DNA of 64,000 nt from Akkermansiaceae bacterium (GTDB taxonomy: Bacteria; Verrucomicrobiota; Verrucomicrobiia; Verrucomicrobiales; Akkermansiaceae), in contig CANLKN010000002.1 in the NCBI GenBank assembly GCA_947491475.1, forward strand, positions 6,956 to 70,955, written 5' to 3'. A program made the position numbers and the translations under genes. Below the pieces are notes generated by a model. The model was not told where the DNA came from. It saw only the letters and a list, made by a program, of their open reading frames with translations, and searched no databases. Shown piece by piece: positions 57,458 to 64,000 of the stretch. The stretch's first letter is position 1. Each line of letters begins with the position of its first letter.

Positions 57458-59635
57458 TCATTTGAGTTGCGTGATCTTCAGCATCGCGCAACCACGGTGA
57501 AGCGGCGTGTCGATTTCAAGCACATCCCCATTCAGACGCGTCGGCACTGTCTTCGTTTCCTTCACTCCCGGATGCAAGACTTCGACTTTCAAGTTGCCGG
57601 AAAGAAACGGCACATTGCGCAGCTGCACACGGACCGGGGTGTGTTGTGCGAGAGTGATTGGAACCACCCATCCTTCCAAGGTCTCGAACAAATTCGCTTG
57701 GGCGAGATTGCCGGCGATCTCGACACAGTGCGGCTCAAGCACCCATTTTTTGCCCTTCATCGCGGCCATCATGGCACCGTAGTTCAGCCATGGCTGGCGG
57801 TTTTCGATGGGATCCCATTTCACCCCGTGATCGTTTGCAGGATAGGGGCACATGGGATAAATCCCAAGATGCAGCCGCCGTTGCATGAAAACATCCTCCT
57901 GTCCCTTGGGAACGGGAAGGCCGCGCCAGAGCACGGTGGGCTTGTTCATCCCGAGGGTGGCCAAACCATTCATGCCACCGTTGTCGTCATCGGTCTCAGC
58001 TAGAAATCCATCCACATGCCGCATGATTTCGAGGCGTTTCGTGATAGGGCTGGCGAAGATGACTTTCCCAGCGCCATGCATCAGGGGACCCATGCGGTCC
58101 ATCAGATGGTTCCATGACCAAAGGAAGGATCGGGCGGGTTTGCCATCATACCATGACACGCCGTCATCGCGGTCCAGGTTATAGAGGCGCAGCCAGTCCA
58201 TCCGGTCGATGCATATGCCCGATGAATGCGGGAGGTTTTCGATGTGTCTGCGGAGTTGATCCAATATGAAGTCACGGAATACCGGTTCGCCGTTGTCCAC
58301 CACTACGGACTCCTCCCACGAATAGAAGCATCCGCCGGGCTTGGATTGGACCCAGCCCGGATGGGGCCACTTGACGCCATCCAACGGGAGTTGATCCGGG
58401 ACGCGATAAACTGCCGCGGCCAGACGGTTGAACAGGAACTCATTGCGATCGCGCCAATTCAGTTCGTTCCAAACATCCCGCTTGTCGCCGGCGGCAGCCG
58501 GGGGCGGCGGGTATTGAACGTGCGTGCCGAATTCCGTCACGCAGAAGTAGTCGAGCACCTTGAAACCCTTGTCGTTCATCCGCCGGCTGTAGTCGTCCAT
58601 TTTGGCCATGGTCACCGGTTTGCGGGGCGCGGTGCGCTCCCATTTCCCCTGAAAGGGCGTCCACTCCTCGTCTTTGCCGACCGGAGGCAGGAACATGCCA
58701 TAATACGGCCAGTCAAATGAGGCCCTCCAGTTGAAGGCATAGTTCATACTCTTGAGCGCTTCGACATCGAGCTCGCCATCATAGCCCGAGTAGGATGCGG
58801 TTCCAGAGAGCTCCACCACAGCGGGATTTTCCGGGTCGAAAAACTCCGCGAACCGGCTGCGCATCCAGCCGATGCCCGGCCGCCAGTCGTCCTCGTGGCT
58901 CTTGAGATAAAGTGTTAGCTTCACCGGCGTCCCCTTGGCAATCCGATGACGGTATAACAAAAACTCCGCCGTGCCGTCCGGCTCGATGGCAAGCTCCATG
59001 TCCAGCAGCGTTTGGTCCGGGGCGACCATCAGACTGAGCCCTCCGGCACCGGGCTCGATGAAGGTGGCGATGGGAATCGAAAAGAAGTTTTCATTCCGCG
59101 GCCGTTGTCGCCACGAATACCACGGAGAAAACGGCCGGTTCATCATGAAACGGGGCGCGCCATAGGTGTAAACCTTGGGAACCAGCGCCGATGTCCGCAG
59201 CGGATTCTCAATCTTGTTTTCGGTGTCCGCCGGCGCATCCCATGCGCTCCAGAACCGCGTGGTGGGCTTCGCCGGATGACCCAGTGCGCACGAAATGGGT
59301 GCCGACCATGGCAGATCGCTCTCACCCGTGATTTCGATCTCCCACTTTGCGGCGCCACCTTCATCCGGCGTGAAGGTCTCGCGCACCAGGCATTGCTGGC
59401 CTTCCTTTCCCTTCATGCGCCGCTCGACAGTGAGGGTGCCGTCATTCCCTTGAGTCACCTTGCCGGGTTCTGCGGCCGTCTCCTCAAGGGTGGATTTCAA
59501 CGTCCATTCGCCGATGTTGCTGCTGCCGCGGAATGCGCCGGTGCCCTCGTCAAAGCTGGCTTTCATTTCCATGGCCGGTGCCGTTGCGACACCCGCCGCG
59601 ATCATCACTATGGTCATCATTCGTTTCATTTTCAT
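57458..59635 (-). CDS. Uncharacterised secreted ~725 aa protein, probable TIM-barrel glycoside hydrolase; tandem copy 2
   Basis: Signal peptide, HEDDWRPG, FDWPYYGMFLP, GICIDRMDW; close paralogue of 59825-61996. Confidence 0.8.
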   Translation of the reverse strand: MKMKRMMTIVMIAAGVATAPAMEMKASFDEGTGAFRGSSNIGEWTLKSTLEETAAEPGKVTQGNDGTLTVERRMKGKEGQQCLVRETFTPDEGGAAKWEIEITGESDLPWSAPISCALGHPAKPTTRFWSAWDAPADTENKIENPLRTSALVPKVYTYGAPRFMMNRPFSPWYSWRQRPRNENFFSIPIATFIEPGAGGLSLMVAPDQTLLDMELAIEPDGTAEFLLYRHRIAKGTPVKLTLYLKSHEDDWRPGIGWMRSRFAEFFDPENPAVVELSGTASYSGYDGELDVEALKSMNYAFNWRASFDWPYYGMFLPPVGKDEEWTPFQGKWERTAPRKPVTMAKMDDYSRRMNDKGFKVLDYFCVTEFGTHVQYPPPPAAAGDKRDVWNELNWRDRNEFLFNRLAAAVYRVPDQLPLDGVKWPHPGWVQSKPGGCFYSWEESVVVDNGEPVFRDFILDQLRRHIENLPHSSGICIDRMDWLRLYNLDRDDGVSWYDGKPARSFLWSWNHLMDRMGPLMHGAGKVIFASPITKRLEIMRHVDGFLAETDDDNGGMNGLATLGMNKPTVLWRGLPVPKGQEDVFMQRRLHLGIYPMCPYPANDHGVKWDPIENRQPWLNYGAMMAAMKGKKWVLEPHCVEIAGNLAQANLFETLEGWVVPITLAQHTPVRVQLRNVPFLSGNLKVEVLHPGVKETKTVPTRLNGDVLEIDTPLHRGCAMLKITQLK

Positions 59636-59824
59636 GGTTCTGTTGTTGGTTGTTCGAAAATTAAAAGTCCGTCATGAAAGGATCAAACGGGATCGCGTGC
59701 GGGAACCTTTCATGCGGTGGATTCAAAAGTATGGGAGGGCACTTTCTCATGCCTGTCACGGCACAAGGCCCAGTCCTCATCCTTGCGCCTTGCCGGATGA
59801 AGGATTTTCGAATCCGTGGTTTTC

Positions 59825-61996
59825 TCATTTGAGATGAGTGATCTTCAGCATGGCACAACCGCGGTGAAGCGGCGTGTCGATCTCCAGCGTATCGCCGTTC
59901 AAAATCGGCTGCACCGTCTTCGCTTCCTTCACCCCCGGATGTAACAACTCGACTCTCAAGTTGCCTGAAATGAACGGCATGTTGCGCAGCAGCACGCGGG
60001 CCTGGGGTGCCTTGCCGAATGTGATGGGAACGACCCATCCTTCCAAGGTTTCGAACATGTTCGCTTGGGCGGTGTTTTCCGCGATCTCGACGCAATGGGG
60101 CTCCAGCACCCACTTTTTGCCCTTCATCGCGGCCATCATGGCACCGTAGTCCAGCCATGGCTGGCGGTTTTCGATGGGATCCCATCCCACTCCGTGGTCG
60201 TTTGCAGGATACGGGCACATGGGATAAATCCCAAGATGCAGCCGCCGTTGCATGAAAACATCCTCCTGTCCCTTGGGAACGGGAAGACCGCGCCAGAGCA
60301 CGGTGGGCTTGTTCATCCCGATGATGGCCAGTCCATTCATGCCGCCGTTGTCGTCATCGGTCTCGGAAAGAAATCCATCCACCTGCCGCATGATTTCGAG
60401 GCGCTTGACGATGGGATTCACAAAGATGGATTTTCCGGCCCCATGCATCAGCGGGCCCATGCGGTGCATCAAGTGGTTCCACGACCAGACGAGCGATCGC
60501 GCGGGTTTGCCATCATACCAGGAAACGCCGTCATCGCGATCCAGGTTGTAGAGGCGCAGCCAGTCCAGGCGGTCGATGCAGATGCCCGAAGAATGCGGGA
60601 GGTTTTCGATGTGTCTGCGGAGTTGATCCAAAATGAAGTCGCGGAATACCGGCTCGCCGCAGTCCACCACCACGGACTCCTCCCATGTGTAGAAACATCC
60701 ACCCGGCTTGGTCTTGGCCCAATGCGAGTTCGGCCACACGACGCCATCCAGCGGAAGTTGCTCCGGGACGCGATAAACTGCTGCGGCCAGGCGGTTGAAC
60801 AAGAACTCATTGCGGTCGCGCCAATCCAGTTGGTTCCACACATCCCGCGTGTCGTCGGCGGCAGCCGGAGGCGGCGGATATTGCACGTGCGTGCCGAATT
60901 CCGTCACGTTGAAATAGTCGAGCACCTTGAATCCCTTCTCGTTCATCCGACGGCTATAATCATCCATCTTGGCCATGGTCACCGGTTTTCGGGGAGCGGT
61001 GCGTTCCCACTTCCCCTGAAAGGGCGTCCACTCCTCGTCTTTGCCGACCGGAGGCAGGAACATGCCAAAATACGGCCAGTCAAACGACGCCCTCCAGTTG
61101 AAGGCATAGTTCATGTTCTTGAGTGTTTCCACATCGAGCTCGCCATCATATCCCGAGTAGGATGCGGTTCCAGAGAGTTCGACCACGCCGGGGTTTCCTG
61201 GATTGAAAAACGCATCGAACTTTCTGCTCATCCAGCCGATGCCCGGACGCCAGTCGTCCTCGTGACTTTTGAGATAAAGCGTCAGCTTCACCGGCGTGCC
61301 CTTGGAAATCCGGTGACGGTAAAACAAAAACTTTGCCGTGCCGTCTGGCTCGATGGCGAGTTCCATGTCCAGTAGCGTTTGTTCGGGACTCGCCATGAGG
61401 CTAAGCCCTCCGGCACCGGGTTCGATCAAGGTGACGATGGGAATGCAAAAGTAGTTTTCATTTCGTGGCCGTTGTCCCCAGGAATACCATGGATAAAGCT
61501 TCCGATTCATCATGTAGCGGGGCGCGCCATAGGTATAAACCTTGGGAACCAGCGCCGATGTCCGGAGCGGATCCTCAATCTTGTTTTCGGTATCCGCAGG
61601 CGCATCCCATGCGCTCCAGAACCGCGTGGTGGGCTTCGCCGGATGACCCAGCGCGCACGAAATGGGCGCCGACCATGGCAGATCGCTCTCAGCTATGATT
61701 TCGATTTCCCACTTTGCGGTGCCACCTTGCTCAGGAGTGAAGGTTTCGCGCACCAGGCACTGCTCGCCTTCTTTTCCTTTCACCCGCCGCTCCACGGTGA
61801 GGGTTCCGTCATTGCCTTGAGTCGCCTTGCCGGGTTCCGCAGTCGTTTCCCCGAGGGTGGATTTCAAGGTCCACTCCCCGATGCCCGCGCTGCCGCGGAA
61901 TCCGCCTGAAGCCTCGTCATAAGCGGCTTTCATTTCCATGGCACTTGCCGTTGCCATGCCTGCGGAAGCCATGATCAGTGTGATGATGTTTTTCAT
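59825..61996 (-). CDS. Uncharacterised secreted ~723 aa protein, probable TIM-barrel glycoside hydrolase; tandem copy 1
   Basis: Same motifs as copy 2; its start overlaps the upstream stop (ATGA). Confidence 0.8.
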   Translation of the reverse strand: MKNIITLIMASAGMATASAMEMKAAYDEASGGFRGSAGIGEWTLKSTLGETTAEPGKATQGNDGTLTVERRVKGKEGEQCLVRETFTPEQGGTAKWEIEIIAESDLPWSAPISCALGHPAKPTTRFWSAWDAPADTENKIEDPLRTSALVPKVYTYGAPRYMMNRKLYPWYSWGQRPRNENYFCIPIVTLIEPGAGGLSLMASPEQTLLDMELAIEPDGTAKFLFYRHRISKGTPVKLTLYLKSHEDDWRPGIGWMSRKFDAFFNPGNPGVVELSGTASYSGYDGELDVETLKNMNYAFNWRASFDWPYFGMFLPPVGKDEEWTPFQGKWERTAPRKPVTMAKMDDYSRRMNEKGFKVLDYFNVTEFGTHVQYPPPPAAADDTRDVWNQLDWRDRNEFLFNRLAAAVYRVPEQLPLDGVVWPNSHWAKTKPGGCFYTWEESVVVDCGEPVFRDFILDQLRRHIENLPHSSGICIDRLDWLRLYNLDRDDGVSWYDGKPARSLVWSWNHLMHRMGPLMHGAGKSIFVNPIVKRLEIMRQVDGFLSETDDDNGGMNGLAIIGMNKPTVLWRGLPVPKGQEDVFMQRRLHLGIYPMCPYPANDHGVGWDPIENRQPWLDYGAMMAAMKGKKWVLEPHCVEIAENTAQANMFETLEGWVVPITFGKAPQARVLLRNMPFISGNLRVELLHPGVKEAKTVQPILNGDTLEIDTPLHRGCAMLKITHLK

Positions 61997-64000
61997 TGGT
62001 TTGGTGATTCAAAAGTCACTCTCCAGTCGCTGGTGGCGGCCTTCGCGCTCTCCATGACCAGCACCGTGAGATCAGGGTTTCCGGGATGCTCCTCCAGCCT
62101 GGCCGAAGCGCCATCGGCGGCAGCCAGCACGGGCTTGCGGCCGTTGTTGGCGATCACGATTCGCAGCGGTTCTCCGGCGACGAGTTTCGCCTTTCCGGAC
62201 AAGGTTTCATTTTCCCAGCGGACCTCGGAAAGTTCGAGCATGCCCTGCATCAGGTGGCGGTCGGACGAAATGACCTGCGGGTGCGGCGTCACCTTGCGAA
62301 GCGAGAGCATCCGCGCCTCGCCGGGAGCGAGATCTTGGGAAAGCGTGTCCGTGCCCTTGAAACGTCCCGCCAGGCGGTTGTTCCAGAAATCATAGGCATG
62401 GTATTCCGCGTTGGGATCGAGCCCGAGCGCACCGTTCTGTGCGGCATCACCGGACAAAGGCGCGGAAACCTTGGCGGGAGCCGCCATGTCCGGATTGAAC
62501 AGGGTGACCTGCTGCCATTCCGGCGTGACCTGGAACTGATAGACGCGCGGGCATCCGGCAGCGGATGGCAACAGGAGGTCCACCGGCCGGGCCGTGCGGC
62601 GTTCCTCATGCATCGGGTAAAGCCGTGACAGGTCGCGGATGATTTCCGGCGGGTAGTTCTTGAAGGAATCGGCGAGCAGCACGCGGCCCGCGGTGACATA
62701 GAGCATCGTCAGGATCGAGCGCCGCAGCAGCACCGGATCGGCAACTTCTTCGGTCTGCTTGGTGTGGATTTTCCGGAAGAGCAGGCTCTTGGAATCCATG
62801 TCATAGAGGTAAAAGACGCGGGTTTTATACCAACGAAGCGCGGCCCGCGCGACCTGCGCCGCAGTGAAGGACGAGGAATCCGTCTCGATGCGCTGGGAGT
62901 CCACCAGGCCGAGAGTCATGTCCGAGTAGGGAATGCGCTCGTGTGGCAGGCTGGTCGGGGTGGAGACCTCGCCGAGGTTGCGCTCGTGAATGTGTGCCTG
63001 CGGGCCGAGGCCCTCGCGGGCGAGTTCGAAGATCTTCCGATAGGCTGCGGTAGCCGTGCTTTTGGGGTCATCCAGTCCGCCCTCGCCGGCGAAGCCTGTC
63101 TCAGGGTAATCGAACATCAGGCCGGCGAGTCCGGCTTGTCCCAGATCGCCCCAGACTTTACGCATGTGTTGCTGCATGCCGGGATCGCTGTAATCGGGGC
63201 GCACATGAGGTTGCTCGTGGGAGCGCGGCACCATTTTCAGATACTTGATGCTGTTGTTGAGCATCCAGTCCGGATGCGCCTCGGCGAAATCGTCGGACGG
63301 CATGCCGGTTTGCACATAACTGAAGGGCAGCCCGCCGCGTTCGCGGATCGCCTGGCAGAACTTCGCACTCGTTTCGTAGGGCTCCTTGAAATAACCGAAT
63401 TTCTGCCAGTGGGCGTCATCCCACCATCCTTGCGGCGTGTTTCCTCCGGTTTGCTGGTGATAAGTCTCCGGCACCAGACGGATGGCGACAGGCGCATAGC
63501 GCAGGAAACCGGATTGTGCGGCATGGTCCATCTGGCGCACCGCATCCACGGTGTTCATGGAATTATCATTGCTGGTGACCATGACATACCACATGCAAAG
63601 CGTCGGGAAGTTATAGAAATTAGGCTTGGCATCCTGTGCCTTGGCGGCGGTCCGGGCGTAGGTTTCAAGAGCGGCGAAGGGATCGGATTCCAGCAGATCG
63701 ATGTAAAAGCGGTCAGTGCTTTGATAGGTGGCACCGCTTTCGAGCAGGAGCCCGACCGGGTCGTAGGCTTCGGCTTTTGCCAGCAGCCTGCCGTCCGCAG
63801 TGACGGCGGTTTCCACGCGTTTGGTGAAATCCCGGTAGGTGAGGCCGCCGCCGACAAAATTCCGCCGTTTGCCGCCAGCCTGATAGGTCAGCAGCAGGTT
63901 GTTTTCGCTCTTGCGCGAGAGGCCGGGCATCACGGCATTATTTCCGCGGCCATGATCCGCGTGGCCCGCCAAGCCGCTCTGATTCATCCTTTCCTGACCA
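61993..64000 (-). CDS. Clan GH-D (GH27/GH36 alpha-galactosidase)-like protein, 5' end outside the window
   Basis: DYSDPG, LMFDY, SQRIETD, ARPVDL, LFN, YHAYDFW; the frame stays open to the window edge. Confidence 0.65.
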   Translation of the reverse strand, partial: GQERMNQSGLAGHADHGRGNNAVMPGLSRKSENNLLLTYQAGGKRRNFVGGGLTYRDFTKRVETAVTADGRLLAKAEAYDPVGLLLESGATYQSTDRFYIDLLESDPFAALETYARTAAKAQDAKPNFYNFPTLCMWYVMVTSNDNSMNTVDAVRQMDHAAQSGFLRYAPVAIRLVPETYHQQTGGNTPQGWWDDAHWQKFGYFKEPYETSAKFCQAIRERGGLPFSYVQTGMPSDDFAEAHPDWMLNNSIKYLKMVPRSHEQPHVRPDYSDPGMQQHMRKVWGDLGQAGLAGLMFDYPETGFAGEGGLDDPKSTATAAYRKIFELAREGLGPQAHIHERNLGEVSTPTSLPHERIPYSDMTLGLVDSQRIETDSSSFTAAQVARAALRWYKTRVFYLYDMDSKSLLFRKIHTKQTEEVADPVLLRRSILTMLYVTAGRVLLADSFKNYPPEIIRDLSRLYPMHEERRTARPVDLLLPSAAGCPRVYQFQVTPEWQQVTLFNPDMAAPAKVSAPLSGDAAQNGALGLDPNAEYHAYDFWNNRLAGRFKGTDTLSQDLAPGEARMLSLRKVTPHPQVISSDRHLMQGMLELSEVRWENETLSGKAKLVAGEPLRIVIANNGRKPVLAAADGASARLEEHPGNPDLTVLVMESAKAATSDWRVTFESPNQ

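Noticed and set aside
57458..61996. Diversity-generating retroelement or assembly duplication as the explanation for the paralogue pair
   Set aside because: Differences are spread over both genes, include many synonymous changes and are not adenine-specific; no reverse transcriptase is present.

Overview
A ~60% GC bacterial chromosomal segment. Gene content (glyQS, avtA, autotransporter-repeat enzymes, DxDGDG/F-x-R-L tailed secreted proteins) points to Verrucomicrobiota, Luteolibacter-like; this assignment is inference. A housekeeping backbone (tRNA-Ala, uppP, lysC, glyQS, ribBA, nth, prfA, rnhB, avtA, ilvC, lipA, thiC with TPP riboswitch, nusA-infB-rbfA, nupC, mgtE) is interrupted by accessory blocks: a lipid-remodelling-like locus at 0.8-5.3 kb, a GNAT toxin-antitoxin pair, a low-GC foreign gene abutting a truncated hybrid kinase, a five-gene carbohydrate cluster (22.8-33.2 kb) in which every gene has one small frameshift, and a glycoside hydrolase cluster (52.8-64 kb) with two deletion-eroded genes and a tandem pair of uncharacterised ~725 aa paralogues. 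The best candidate for an undescribed system is a GT4 glycosyltransferase fused to a PlcP-like phosphoesterase, converging on a GH67 alpha-glucuronidase-like gene, both preceded by the same imperfect palindrome. Other leads are a recurrent C-terminal F-x-R-L/V domain on four unrelated secreted proteins, in-frame heptamer repeats inside thiC, and a CC-ATG start context without Shine-Dalgarno sites. All family calls come from motif recognition by eye; no searches were run.
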